64,000 nt of DNA from assembly GCA_043228905.1 (NCBI GenBank), contig JBHGNT010000001.1:19778001-19842000 (forward strand). Reading direction: 5' to 3'. Position 1 is the first letter of the stretch, and every line of letters starts with the position of its first letter. The position numbers and the translations under genes were made by a program. The stretch comes from Azolla caroliniana. Taxonomy: Eukaryota > Plantae > Polypodiophyta. The notes under the pieces are model-generated. The model was not told the origin of the DNA. It saw only the letters and a list, made by a program, of their open reading frames with translations, and did no database searches. Positions 49,901-62,908 of the stretch are shown here, piece by piece.

Positions 49901-52331
49901 TTTGTTCCGGTGTGTATCAACAGCTGAATTCTCTCCAAATTCTGTTTTGCTGCAGATAACTATTGAATTGGCCGGAAAAGTATGTTTTTCCACCATCTGA
50001 CTGCAGGCACTTGATCTTCCACTCTATTTCCCTTTCGACTAAACTTTGAAGGTTCCGGAAACAGTCGAAGACTTCTCTTTTCTTCTCGATGAGGTAGATT
50101 CACGTGTGCCGGCTGTAGTCGTCGATGAAGGAGACGAAATATCAACTCCCACCAAGACTAATGTTTTGTTTAGTCCCCATACATCCGAATGGATTAGGTT
50201 CATCTTGTTACAGCTCCGGTTTCATTCGTTGGGGAATGGAAGCTGGTGTTGCTTCCCGAGTTGGCAGGCTTCACATATTTGGGCCTTCTGGCCACTGAAT
50301 TTCGGCAATACGAACACAACTTGTTTTAATTGCAGTTCTTGAAGCCTCTGGTAGTTGACGTGGCCGATCCGCTTATGCCAGAGATCGATGTCCGATTCAA
50401 TCTTTTGTCCTTTGGCAAACATGGTGGTGCCGACGCCATTAGTGTTGAGGATGAACATCCTCCCTTCTCTACGCCCTTGCACGATTATCCGGCCTTCTTC
50501 CTCGATGAAGCACCCAAGGTGCATAAACCGCACCTGCATCCCCTAGTCGACGAATTGTCCAACCAACACCAGGTTCTTTGTGATTGTCCAAATGTGTAAT
50601 ATGTTCATAAGCTTCCCCCTCTGTCCGACATGGCTCAAAGGGACTTCTCCGACATGCACAATCGGGGGAGGGGTGTAATCTCTGGTTTCGACAATCCCCG
50701 ATTGTTCCGGCTTCTCCAAAGAAGAGAACCACTCTCATGGCTCGTCATGTGGTTGGACGCTTCAGAATCAACGTACCATACTTCCTCCGATTTGGAAGTA
50801 TTCTTCTTCATCAAGTTACCCTTCTACTTCATCATGAAGGCCGGCCCTTTACCGGTCTTCCCAATTCTGAATCCTTCCAATCCTTCCGCATAGTGCGAGC
50901 TTTGCCGGTTTTGCCGGATCCTGATTTGTCTGAATCGTCACGCTTCTTCCAACACTCACTTTCTCTGTGGCCCTTTTTGCCACAATACCAGCATTCTGTG
51001 TCAGCTTTTCCTTGTCGGCTTTTGACGCCACTTTGACTCCTCCTGCTTGTGGAGGGTTAAGAACTACTAATGAGACCATCTTTGTGCCTTCGGTTTTGCT
51101 CTTGCCGGCCACTAGCATTGTGTGCCGGCCCACCTCGTCCACCACATCGGTGGGGCCAATCTGTCTCCATCTACATCATCCGGCCGTCCGATTGAGTGGT
51201 CCTCGACCCACTCACGTGGTTTTCATTGACCATTAGCATTGATTGCAAGTCGAAGAAAGACAATGTCTTCTCCCGTGTGCAGATTTTTGTCCGGATTGGC
51301 CCGTACCTTTGCGCTAGACCACAGAGGAAAATTTGTACCATCTCGTCTTTGTCCACCATCACGTTGATGGACCCAAGTGCATCACAAACCTCCTTTATCT
51401 TGGTGGTGTAATCCGTAACCTACATGTCTCTTTGCCAGATGTTTTTCAGCTCTTGACGGAGCTGCAACTTACAGGCTGTGGTGCTCGCGGCGAAAATCTT
51501 CCTCAGATTTCCCCAGGCCTCCTTCGGCATTTTTGCATCCTTTATGTAGCCGAGCATTTGGTTGTGCACACAAGACGCGAGGCAGTACAATCCTCGGCTC
51601 GTTCCTTGCTCCCATACCGGGAAGGCATTGTCCGTCGGCTCCAGCGCTACCTCGTTCGTTCCTTCCATGAAGCTCCAATATTCATGCCCTAACAGGTATT
51701 GATGCATCTTGTATGACCATGACGCGTAGTTGCTCTAGTCGAGCTTCTCTGTTGGAAGTGAACTCGCCATTCCTTTGTCCATATCTTCTCTCTGTTTGTT
51801 GTTACCGGGTTTTAGGGTTTTTCTACGAAAGCAAAAGCTTCCGCATGTTAACCCTCATGTTCTAATACCATGTGAATGTTAACGTGCGGAAGAGTTAGAA
51901 AGAACCGACTCAGCTGGATAACAACAGAGAATAAGAGAAGGTTTAGTGGAGACGCTTAATGCACAGAGAGTATCCGCGGCAGAGACAGAGAGAGGAGAAC
52001 GTAAACATATATTCAGTAATAAAAGCACTCTATAAAACTCTGTACATACAACGTGCTAAACAACACTATTTATACAAGTCCTCAAAAGGACCGACAGAAG
52101 TACTATGTACTTCTATGCTCATATGCGTGATTGACACTAACTACGAGAGAGTGATTACCTAGTAGTCTAGGCTACTACTAGGCTTCTGGTTCGCACTTGA
52201 ATCTACCTCCCCGATCCGACTGGTTGTTTCCGAATACCATCCGGATAACGATCCAGCTCTTGGTTCTGGTTGCCGATTCGGCTCAGGCTTATCCAGCCGA
52301 TCCGGATCCGATTGAGCTTTCTTGCTCAACA
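46936..52331 (-). mobile_element. Copia family D copy D4, lacking its 3' LTR
   Basis: 5' LTR 51871-52331; degenerate PBS 51859-51870; fragmented gag-pol 51782 to 47187. Confidence 0.9.
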
Positions 52332-52735
52332 TTTGTCAACTCGGCTAATCCATTGGCTTGCGAATAGTATGGTGTACTCTTTTTATGCATTACTGCATAA
52401 TAATTCGTAGATGACTTTGTTAATAAAATGAGTACCTTGATCACTAACAAGGTCGATTGGACAACCGAATTTGCACCATATGCATTCGTATAGGAATTTG
52501 GCCATTGAAGCCACCGTACTATCTTTTTTCGTACAATAGTCGGTAATGACTATCACACAGTGGTTGCCGGTTCATGTTGTTGCTGGCTTAAATGGTCCGA
52601 TAAAGTTGAGACTCCATTTTTGGAAAGGTTCGAGCAACAGAACTGGTTGATGTGTCATGCGATCCTTTCCATTTGGTTGACTGATCCTTTGACACAAGTC
52701 ACATTTTTTACACTAATTAACCGCATCATTCAAGT
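52332..52735 (-). pseudogene. Gypsy integrase core fragment (Athila/Tat-like)
   Basis: LEPFQKWSLNFIGPFKP...IVITDYCTK...FLYECIWCKFGCPIDLVSDQGTHFINK...STPYYSQANGLAE. Confidence 0.8.
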
Positions 52736-53242
52736 ACTTGTGTTAGCCCACTTGTCAAGGCTTGTATAAAGATTGCTCTTTGAGCACAGGTTTATGTATA
52801 GAGTGTTCATTATTTTGAATCAAGTTTTGTTGTCTACTCTATCTTTGTCACTCTCACATCTCATCTCTGTTCGATTGTGCTTTCTATGTCTCGCATAAGC
52901 TTCCACACGTACTCTTTTACATGGTATCAGATCACGAGGGTTAGAAGAATCCTCTACTACCGACAAAGCAACCAAGACAGAGACAAACTTTCGTCTTCCG
53001 GAAAAGAAAAGAGAGGAACATGGACAAAGGCATGGGTAGCTCGCTTCCTACGAAGAAGCTCGACAGAAGCAACTACGAATCTTGGTCATACAAGAAGCGC
53101 AATACTAGTGCGGACACAGGTACTAGTGCTATGTCAAAGGAGACAATGATGCAGCACTGGATTCAACACACAAAGATTTTCCGGCCTTGGAACAGGTGGC
53201 AAGCAGAGTTTTCTTAATGCTTCGCATCTAGTGTGAGAGACC

Positions 53243-54095
53243 TATTGGGAATTCGGTCCCTCTGGACGAGCCAAATTGGACGAGCCGAAGGAAAGATCAG
53301 GTGTTGTCCGTCTTCAAGGAGCTCCACGTGAGAGTGAAAAGGCAAACCGGAGGGAAGCTAAAGGAATTTTGGAACAGATAACGGAGCCGAATACCGGGGG
53401 TAGTTTGAGGAGTAGTCTTGATCGAAGGGAATCTGGCTCGAATTTACCGTGCCGAAGATGTCGGAATTGAACGGGTTGGCTTAACGGATGAACCAGACCA
53501 TAATGGAGAGAGTCTGAAGCAATCTAGCACATGCAAAGTTATCCATGACATTTTGGGTTGAGGCGCTGATGACGATGACATACGTGATTTACAAATCACC
53601 CTCAGCACCCTTGGAAGGAGATACACCGCAGAAAGTATGGACCGATAAAGACGTTTCTTACCGGCATCGGAAGGTGTTTGGTTGTATGACAAGAGAGAAA
53701 AGTTGGATCCGAAGTCCAAGCCATGCATATTCCTTGGATACGACACTGATGAGTTTGGATACCGAGTGTGGGACTTGGTTGACAAGAAGATGTTCCGGAG
53801 TCGAGACATAGTCTTCATGGAAGACAAGACTATTGCCGACTGGGAGTCGAAGAAGATAGAGGACTCCAGATCGACCGATAGGACCCATCCGGCCGGAAGC
53901 AAGATAACACTCGAAGAACCGGTTGGAGTTGGACAAGAAACCGAACCAATCGAAGAAGAAGAAGATCAGGACATTGGAACTAGACAAGACTTTGAATCAG
54001 ATTCGGATGAAGAAGAGACGCAGGAACCGGTGGACGAGAACCAAGGAAGAAGATATTCTCTCAAGGAGAGAAGAGCCCCCCGGAGATTCTCTCTG
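53243..54095 (+). mobile_element. Copia family A fragment: ~50-bp LTR tip fused to degenerate integrase
   Basis: GGGAATTCGGTCCCTC..GGACGAGCCGAAGGAA matches the start of the LTR ending at 55942, followed by KDQVLSVFKELH and KLDPKSKPCIFLGY. Confidence 0.8.
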
Positions 54096-55942
54096 ATGCC
54101 ACGTTCACTTCTTCCCGGCATATCCAGGCATGCATCAGGTACAATGTGTTGATCTTCTGGGCTCGGGCCACGATCAAGCTTCCTTTGCTGAAGTTCATGA
54201 CTCTGTTCCAGATGTTACCCATGTAACCTTCATCATCTAGCCGACCGACTAATATCAGGTTCAACCAAACCTCTGGAACGTATCAGACGTTCTTCAACAA
54301 CTTTTTTCACCCGGTTGATGTCGTCAACCACACATCTCCTATGCCGACAATTCAGCATACACCTTCATTTCCTATCCAGACACAACCGTGATCTCCGACT
54401 CTATACGATGAGAAGAATTTCCGGTCGGGGCTCAGATGGAACAACACTCCGGAGTTGACCAGCCATGTTGTTTTGTCGCTCACAAGATGCAGCTTAGTTT
54501 CCTTAGTGATTAGCAACAGTTCTTTTTCACTTGTCGCGATCACCGATGTTCCACTCCTTTCCGAATTCTTCTTCGGTTCCGGAATGTCACCTCCCCCTTT
54601 GGTTTTCCGGAAGTGTCGGCAATTCTTTTGGAAGTGCCCGGGCTTTCCGCAGTAAAAGCATGTGGGCCTCCCCCTTGACTTCGACTCGTCCCCGATTTGT
54701 CCCGGTTTTGGGGAAGCCGATTCCGACCTCTTCCCTGGTTATGGTCATCTTCCGTGACCAAGGCCTTCGGATCGGTTCCGAACTCTCGGTACTTCCGGCA
54801 AAAGCTTCTTCATATAGCAAAGCTTGATTTTACCCTTGTTAGGGACAACATTTTCCCTTCCGGCCCGGCCTGCCCAAAGTAACAACTAGCATTTCCCAAC
54901 TATCCGAGAGGGAACCGAGTAGTAGCAACGCAAGTACCTCGTCAACTAGAGGTTCTTCCAGCAAGGTTGTTTGATTTATGAACCCTTGGAATGCATTCAT
55001 GTGCTCCGCCATGCTAGATCTATCTTTGTACCGGACTTTCACTAACTTCCAAAATACCGAAACCTAATTTACGACGTTTTTACTCTCCAACATGGTACCA
55101 ATTTTCTCCTAGAGCAGATGATCCTTACTTTCTTCATTAAAGTTGTTGCACAGGGTCATGTCGATGATGCATCTAATGTATGTTGTCGTCCCACTTCATG
55201 GCATCGATCTTGTCGTCCCACTTCATATGCATCACCTCCCACTTCATGGCATCGATCTTGTCCGGTTTCGTGTCCCCGAACTGTACCGACAGCCAGAGAT
55301 CTTTGACCACGAGCATGTCCTTCATCTTCGACTTCCACACTAGGTAGTTGGAGTCAGTGAGCTTGAACATGCTTCCAAATTACACTTCCATTTTCTTTAA
55401 GATTTAGAACCTGTGCTCTGATACCAGTTTGTGTGGAATAGCGCTCGACCATAACTGCGCCTCAAACACTTAATGGAAGAAAAAAAGAAAAAAAGCAGAT
55501 GATGCAGGATGCGTACGTGGAAAACCCTTACTAGGAAAAACCATGAGAGCTCACAAAATCCAACTATTACTATACAAGAAGGAGGTACAACTGAAGACTC
55601 AGAGGCAACGACCTCGAGCTCTATATCTTCGCCAACCGACGGTTACAACAGAAACTCTCTCTCTTACCCTCCCTATACAACAGAATGATAATCATGTACA
55701 CTCTAAAGTGATTGCCCTAAGTCATGTATTTATACTTATATAACTTTAAGACTATTTACAAATATAGCCTTTATAGGCACACTAGAAACATATTTGAAGA
55801 TTTGTCCTTGGCTCCAGTTCACACCGAATCCATCCGGATACCTTTTGGTCCGGTCCGGTTGCTGCATCTAGTCTGGTTCCTTCCTTCGGCTCGTCCAATC
55901 TGGCTCGTCCGGATCTCATCCGGAGGGACCGAATTCCCTACA
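54096..55942 (-). mobile_element. Copia family A fragment: 5' LTR, PBS, gag-PR
   Basis: LTR 55430-55942; PBS TGGTATCAGAGC 55415-55426; MFKLTDSNYLVWKSKMKDML; WLVNSGVLFH. Confidence 0.87.
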
Positions 55943-57062
55943 CAAAACATTAAAGGATGCTTCGGGAAATCTCAAGAAGTTTTTTGCAACAAGCACGACA
56001 ACTAGAAAGCTACAACTAAGACATGAGTTGAGTAATGCCCGATAGAGAGACATGTCGATGACTGACTACACCTCCAAGATAAAGGAGATTTGCGAATCTC
56101 TTGGGTCTATCAACGTGACAGTTGAAGAAAATGTGATGGTGCATGTCTGCCTTGGAGGGTTGCCGTCAAAGTTCGGAGCATTTTGAATGACAATCTCCAT
56201 GATAGAGAACAAATCGTCATTCTTCGAGCTACAATCAATGTTGCTCATTGAAGAAAACCACATGGGTGCCTCAATGAGCACACACACCTACAACAAGATG
56301 TTGTACACTAAGGTGAATCGGTCCCATGGTCGTGGTGGATGAGGTGGGTGGGCACGCAGTGGAGGCGGCCGACAAGAACAAGACCAAAGGCATAATCAAA
56401 ATGTCGACAACAGTTTCAGACCCTCCACGAGCAACGAGAGTCAAGGCGATGCTAGAAGTTAGTAAGGAAAAGCTACCACGGACTGCTGGTATTTATGGCT
56501 AGGAAGGGCCACACAGAGAGTGAGTGTTAGAAGGAGCGTGCCAATTCGGACAGAACCGGATCAAGCCGGGGTGATGTAGATAAGCGTCACTAAATCACAC
56601 TTCGCCAAAGGCTCAGGGTGAGCCAAAACGGGCCCTGTTGTCGTGATGAAGCAGAAGGAAAATCAGATGGGAGTTTGCATCTCTAAGACAAATGAGGTGT
56701 GATATGTGGATTCTAGGGCATTAAACCACACGGCGAACCATACATAATGGCTCTCCTTCCTTGAGAAGTTGGATAAGCCAGGAGTTGTAGAATTTGACGA
56801 CAACATTGTGCATTCCATCGTGCACGTGAGTGATGTACCGCTCAACCTTGTCGGATAGAAGGGGCTAATGCATAATGTGTTGCATGTCCAAACAATTGCA
56901 AAGAACTTGGTAGCTATCAAATAGATTATCGATCAGGGCACGCAAGTCTGATTTAATCACCACATCTGCTTCATCGAAGAAGAAGGCCGGTTGGTCACAC
57001 AAGGGCGCAAAGATGGGAGGATGTTTATCCTCAAAACAAATTATGTTGGCACCACAACGTTT

Positions 57063-57375
57063 TGACAATAATATGAGGAATAATGCTCGGCCACAATCGA
57101 GACTTCAATCACTTCGTTAGAATCACAACCACGGAAGAAATGGGCAATGAAGTTAAATGCACATATACACAGTCAATATGAGAGGGAGTACACAATATGT
57201 TAACGTGGAAAACCCTGAGAGGGAAAAACCACGGGAGCCCACAGACTCCAAACTATCACTATGTCAAGGAATACAACAAGGAGCACATAGGCAACGACCT
57301 CTTGCTCTCAACCCTCGGCTAGCGGCGGTTACAACAGAGACACACTCTTTGTATCGTTCTCTCTCTGTTACGCTT
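57063..57375 (-). mobile_element. Copia family A LTR (U5/R part), interrupted by D6
   Basis: Shares GTTAACGTGGAAAACCC, CAAACTATCACTAT and GGCGGTTACAACAGAG with the A1 and A2 LTRs. Confidence 0.8.
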
Positions 57376-60247
57376 TGTAAAAGATTATGTGTGGAAGCAA
57401 TAGAAAACCAAACACACAGAAAATACGCAGGTTTAATGGAGAGCTTGAATATACACAGTACACGGGAGAGACAGAGAGAGAACACACGAAAAAATCAATT
57501 CAAAAAATACTAACTCTTTGTACATACACCGTGCTCAGTGAGCACCTTTTATACAAGCCCTGACAATCGGGCTGACACAAGTACTGACAGTACTTGACTG
57601 CTCATAAATGAGCCTCAACACTTACTTCCAAAACTATTCCTTATGAGGAATATCTCTCTAACAGCCTTTCCGTTTACGCACTGATACGGCCTCTCGTTAC
57701 GCACCGGTTTGTGTATCCATTTTATGCACTGGTCTGGCCTAACCGATCGGTCCCAACCGATCCGGTCCTCGGCTTGCTCAGCCGATCTGGCCGATGTTGA
57801 GCTTGTCTCTCAACACTCCCCGTTAAGCTCAACTTGAGGCTCTTCGGGATCTTCCGGATCACTGCTCCGGTTCCTCTTGGCTCCACGCCTTGCTCGCGCT
57901 CCTCGGCCTATTCGACTCCGTGCGCTTCAACCCTTCTGGTCGGCTTGTCTGCTCCCACGGCCCTTCACAGCTCCCTTGCCGTCGCGGTGTTGGCGCTTCT
58001 CTTGCTGCCTTCTTTTCTGCTTGGCCCTCGGTTGATTCAGTATATCCGAATGAAACACCCGAACCGACTCGGCTACCTCCGATCGGTTTTTGGTCTCGTC
58101 TGAGTTGGCTGTCTCCAACTCGTCTTCGGTCTTCATGCTCTTGACGACATCATCTCCCCCATGCTTGGATGGCTTCGGCTCTTTCTTTCGGCTGCTCCCC
58201 TTATGTTCTCTTTTGGACTCTTCCGCGGATCCGCCTTCGGCTTCTTCAGTCGATCCAAAGTCGAATTCGTCATCGGACTCGGTGTCGCGGTCTTCATCTT
58301 TCGGAACTTCTCTCCCTCTTCCGTGGTCATTCGGGATGTCTCTCCCCCTCAAGTTCGCCACGTCGAGGTGACACAACCCAAGCGTACTCGAGAATTGCCT
58401 CAACTTGTCCAGACCAAGAGGCTTGGTGAAGATGTCGGCAGTTTGCCGATCGGTCGGAACATACTGAAGTTCGATTTCACTAGAAAGGACACGCTCACGG
58501 ACAAAATGGTAGTGCACCTCAATGTGCTCGGTCCGTGCGTGGAAAATAGGGTTCTTCGCGAACTGGATGTTGCTGAGGTTGTCGTAGTATATCATTGTCG
58601 GATCGGACACCTCCTCTTGCAGGTCCTTAAGTAGCCGCTTCACCCATATGGCTTCGCATGTCGCGACAGCCGCTCCTCGGTACTTAGTTGCGGTGCTCGA
58701 CCGTGCAACTAACGACTGCTTCTTACAGCTCCACGCTATCGCGGCACTCCCAAGAGAGAACACGTATCCGGATGTGGATCGGCGATCGGCGGCATTGCCA
58801 ACGCAATCAGCATCAGTGTAGCCGACCAACTCCGAAGCTGTACCGGTTCGATATAGCAGTCCCCGGTCCTTAGCTTATGTACCGCAGTACGCGTTGCGCA
58901 CACTGAAGGTGCTCCTCGGTAGGTCGTGCCATGAAGTGACTGACCACCCCGACCGGATAACTGAGATCGAGTCCGGTGATTGTCAAGTAGATAAGGCTTC
59001 CGACAATTTTTCGGAACCTCGTCAGGTCGCATACCTTTTCGGAATTGGGGCGAAGCTTGACGGTTCTATCCAGAGGAGTTGAGACGGACTTACAATCGGC
59101 CATCCCGAATTTGAAGAGCATACTCAGCACATAATGGCATTGGCTGATCAATATGCCTTTGGGGGTACGGATCACTTCGATCCCGAGGAAGTAATGAAGA
59201 TCCCCCAGATCCTTCATGTCGGACAATGCCGCAAGCTGGAGCTTCACGCGGTCGATTTCACCTAGGTCGGCGCCGGTGATGACCAAGTCATCAACATATA
59301 GTAAAATACTGACCGGACCAAGTCGACCTTTCTGGATGAACAGGGAAGAGTCCGATTTTGACGTTGCAAAGCCCATCTGATGCAGTTGTTGCGTGACCTT
59401 TGCGTTCCAGGCATGCGGGGCTTGCTTAAGCCCGTAAAGGGACTTCTTCAATCGGCACACTACCGACGTGTTCGTTCAGGAGTGAAATCCGGGGGCTGTA
59501 CGATGTACACCTATTCCTCAAGCTCACCTTGTAGGAACACATTCTTTACATCCATCTGATGTAAGTGCCACCCGTTTGCTGCAGCTACCGCGAGCAAAAC
59601 ACTGACGGTCGTCATCTTCGCGACTGGCGCAAACGTCTCATCGTAGTCAATGTCGTGTTGTTGCATGTAGCCTTTCGCTACTAACCGGGCCTTGTATCGG
59701 TTGATCGAGCCATCGGTGTTGTACTTGACCTTGTACACCCACCTACATCCGATCGGCTTCACACCCTTCGGTGCATCAACGAGGTCCCAGGTCTCATTTT
59801 CTGCCAATGCGTTCATCTCTTCCTCCATCGTGGCGCGCCAATTCGTATCCTTAGCCGTTTCTGTGTAGCTCTCCGGCTCACGCACTTCCGCTACATGGGT
59901 TATGTACGCATAATGATGCGCCATGTATTCGTTGTATCTTCTGGCAGGTAGATCGGCGTAATCGGTCATTAGCCAATGTCGAGGTCTTCACGGCTGACGT
60001 AGACTTCTCTCCTGAAGACCCGTCACCAGCTCCCTCGCAGTCGGACTCGCGTCGGTCTGACTCGTTCCTATCCATGCTGGAATCCGACACCTTCTTCTTC
60101 CCTTTCTCTTTGCGCGTAAGCCGTTGTCGTGACGATTTTTGGCTACGGTGTGAAACCGAGTGAGACGAATAAACCAAGGATGTGCAACATTGCACATGCA
60201 CTTAGCAAATAAACCTAGCCTAGTGGCACTTGAGTTCATACAGAGGG

Positions 60248-60313
60248 GTGCAAGCAAGGTTTGAACCTTGCACCTCTAAGATACAAGATAATTGCCTTAC
60301 CACTAGGACAACT
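60248..60313 (-). ncRNA. tRNA-like A-box/B-box cassette, antisense in the gag-only element's LTR U3 (second copy 63122-63187)
   Basis: A-box-like TGTCCTAGTGG (60310-60300) and B-box GGTTCAAACCT (60267-60257), 43-nt offset; GCAAGG-TTCAAA-CCTTGC hairpin. Confidence 0.55.
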
Positions 60314-60811
60314 ATCATATAGTGTAGATTTTATGTATTTCCTTTTCATATACAAATTATAGACGAAACAACCATAGAAAACCATGTGCACAAAACCATG
60401 GTTTTAAACCCATGGTTTGTGCATGACATAAGCAAAACCGTGTGCACAAAACCATGGTTTTAGCCCATGGTTTTGTGCATGTCACGAGCATGGAAAGACC
60501 TATAAAAGCCTCTAGTTGGGCTTGTGTAAGGGGGGCTCAATATGTGATATCACCAACACCATTATCATCAATATAAATTATATTTGTCTTTATCTTCTTC
60601 ATTATTTTCTACTTCTCAAGTGTACAAGCTTTCTTCTTCTCAAGTGAACAAATTCCGTCTAATCTTACATTGATCGTCATCTCTTCGATAATTCCGCGAA
60701 CGTCCTCCCCAGTCCAAGACCCCGGTGGTCGCTCGAGTAGCACACGCACGCGCGAATCTTCGCGACATCATTTGGTGAACCCGACGTGAAGAGCAGCAGG
60801 GGAGGACGAAG

Positions 60812-62908
60812 ATGGATGGCGAATATCTCATGGAGGCAATGTCAAGAAGGATGATGGAGTTTCTGAGAGAAGGGAAAAGAAGAAATGAAGCCCAACAAGC
60901 CGTCGACAAGGTAGTCGAACGAATGAGCTATTTCAACGGTGCCGAAGTCCAAAGTTTCCTAAAAGTCTACAATGCGGAGATGGATTCAAGAGGTGTGGAC
61001 AAAGCTATGAGGCTAGAGTACTTTTGTCGGGTGGTGTCTCAACCGATCTTCAAAGATGTAAAAGAGCTTCTAGAAGCTCATGATTCGTGGGCGACTTTCG
61101 AGAAGGCTCTATTGGAGGAATATGGCTATGAGAGACTGAAGGGACAAGATCGACGCATTTTCGACCAATGGGTGACATCAGCGAAGACCCACCAAGGTGC
61201 GACACAAGCATTCGTAGACTTCGAGCATCATTTTTCTCAATTGTCGGAGCGGGAACAAAGATTGGTGGGGGTCGATAAGGTCCTTATGTTCGTGAAGTCA
61301 ATCGATCGAATGGAAAGGATGGCGATCGGTCTCAAACTCGAAGAAGATGATGGTGCAAATGGCCTCATCGAGGATTGGAGCAAAGTGGAAAGTGTATGCC
61401 GACTACACGATAAGGGGCAAGCGAGAATATCGACGACAACAAGACGGCCCATGAGGGACGATCGAAGAGGGACGAGATGCAACAACGCGCCACCAACAAA
61501 AGAAATGAAGCTTAAAAGGGAGACAAAACCGAGGCGAATGGTGATCGAGGAAGAAGAGACCTCCCAACAAATGCGGGTTAATGAAGTGGCCGATACAAAG
61601 GCTCTGGTTCGGTATGACGGTACTGAGAGAGAAGGTGTGAAACAAGTCACCTTCTTGTCTTACAAAGAAACGACGGCGAAGGAGGAGGCCGATGACTCGA
61701 GGACGGCGAACGCCACTTCGAGGGAGGATAAATGTTTCGGAACACGCATTGTGTACGAAACATCGGGTGATGACGGCGCAAGCATGAGAAAAGCTTGCAT
61801 GATCGAGGGAGAAAAAGTGTTTGAGTCTGAAGAGATTGAGGAGGTAGCCATGACAAACGACATCGAGTCGGAGGTGGCTATGGACGAGTCGACAACGGAT
61901 AGCCATGTCAAGACTTTCTCCACGATTGTTCCAGAGACTTCGGCGGTTGCGCCTGTGTGCCAACGTGAGACCGAAGAGACGGAAGGTGGTGACGGGAAGA
62001 CGAAGGCCCAACACAAGGAAGAAGAAGATCGAGGAAGAAAGGATATCCCCACACCTATTCTAGAGACTTCGGCGGTTGTGCACGTACGCCAACGTGAGAC
62101 CGGAGAGACAGAATGTGTGGACAAAAAAGAGGACGACCGGAAGGGCGATGAAGAAGACAAGGTAAATGTAAATGAACGAAGGGATTCCTTCACACCGGTT
62201 CCGGAGACTTCGGCAGTCGAGATCGTGTGTCGGCATAAGACCGAAGATAAAGGAGGTGGCGAAGAGGAGACAATATGGCTCGAGGCGAGCATACACGGAG
62301 GGAAGGATATGGCCGACGTGGAGGCCAAGGATGAAGCTGCGGTTCAGTTCGATGGAGAGGTTGCATGCGGGAAGGAAGGAAGAGTCGAGAACCGGTTGAA
62401 CCGGAAGACGATCCGGCCGGGATTCCGACCCGAACGAAGGAAGATCCACATGGGAGCCGATCGACAGGGGCCGACCCGGCCGAAACCTGATTCGGCGAAA
62501 ATCGATCGGACGATTCCGATCCAAAAGGGGGCCAACCCAGCCAGAATCAATCGGTCGAGCCCGACTCGGGGAAATGTGAATGCAGATGAAGGCCAACCAA
62601 GCCAAGAAGCGATCGGTGGAGACCGATCCAGACAAGGGCAAACCCGGCCTAATCGGAGATCGACACGAACGATCTACAATACCCAGTTGAAGACGGTGAG
62701 CGTGAGGAGTGGCCAGGAGTCCAATCGAAGGACACGCGCGGTGGACGAAGGAAGAGCGGTCGTATCGACGACATCGTTCGGTAGATCTACTATAACCGAT
62801 CGGGGAAGAAGGTGTGAGCGCCGGATATGGTGGATCGGGTGGCTACGGTGGTTCGGTTGGAAAGATTGTGCATACTCGAAGTGGAAGACGAAGTCGACGA
62901 GCGTGTAG
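60812..62908 (+). CDS. Intact 698-aa Gag-like protein with a long acidic, repeat-containing C-terminal extension
   Basis: Gag-like N-terminus (FNGAEVQSFLKVYNAEM...SWATFEKALLEEYG...FDQWV); three P-ETSAV..VC..ETE repeats at about 61921, 62051 and 62191; no CCHC, PR or RT motifs seen. Confidence 0.8.
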   Translation: MDGEYLMEAMSRRMMEFLREGKRRNEAQQAVDKVVERMSYFNGAEVQSFLKVYNAEMDSRGVDKAMRLEYFCRVVSQPIFKDVKELLEAHDSWATFEKALLEEYGYERLKGQDRRIFDQWVTSAKTHQGATQAFVDFEHHFSQLSEREQRLVGVDKVLMFVKSIDRMERMAIGLKLEEDDGANGLIEDWSKVESVCRLHDKGQARISTTTRRPMRDDRRGTRCNNAPPTKEMKLKRETKPRRMVIEEEETSQQMRVNEVADTKALVRYDGTEREGVKQVTFLSYKETTAKEEADDSRTANATSREDKCFGTRIVYETSGDDGASMRKACMIEGEKVFESEEIEEVAMTNDIESEVAMDESTTDSHVKTFSTIVPETSAVAPVCQRETEETEGGDGKTKAQHKEEEDRGRKDIPTPILETSAVVHVRQRETGETECVDKKEDDRKGDEEDKVNVNERRDSFTPVPETSAVEIVCRHKTEDKGGGEEETIWLEASIHGGKDMADVEAKDEAAVQFDGEVACGKEGRVENRLNRKTIRPGFRPERRKIHMGADRQGPTRPKPDSAKIDRTIPIQKGANPARINRSSPTRGNVNADEGQPSQEAIGGDRSRQGQTRPNRRSTRTIYNTQLKTVSVRSGQESNRRTRAVDEGRAVVSTTSFGRSTITDRGRRCERRIWWIGWLRWFGWKDCAYSKWKTKSTSV

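Larger units (their letters stand above)
52735..57062 (+). mobile_element. Copia family D copy D5: partial LTR plus degenerate gag-PR, interrupted at 53243-55942
   Basis: LTR end 52921; PBS 52922; gag ATG 53020; gag resumes at 55943 (KTLKDASGNLKK...TTTRKLQLRHELSN). Confidence 0.8.

Noticed and set aside
55186-55262. Short internal duplication in a family-A gag (DKIDAMKW twice)
   Set aside because: A private slippage event in a dead copy; absent from A1 and A2.
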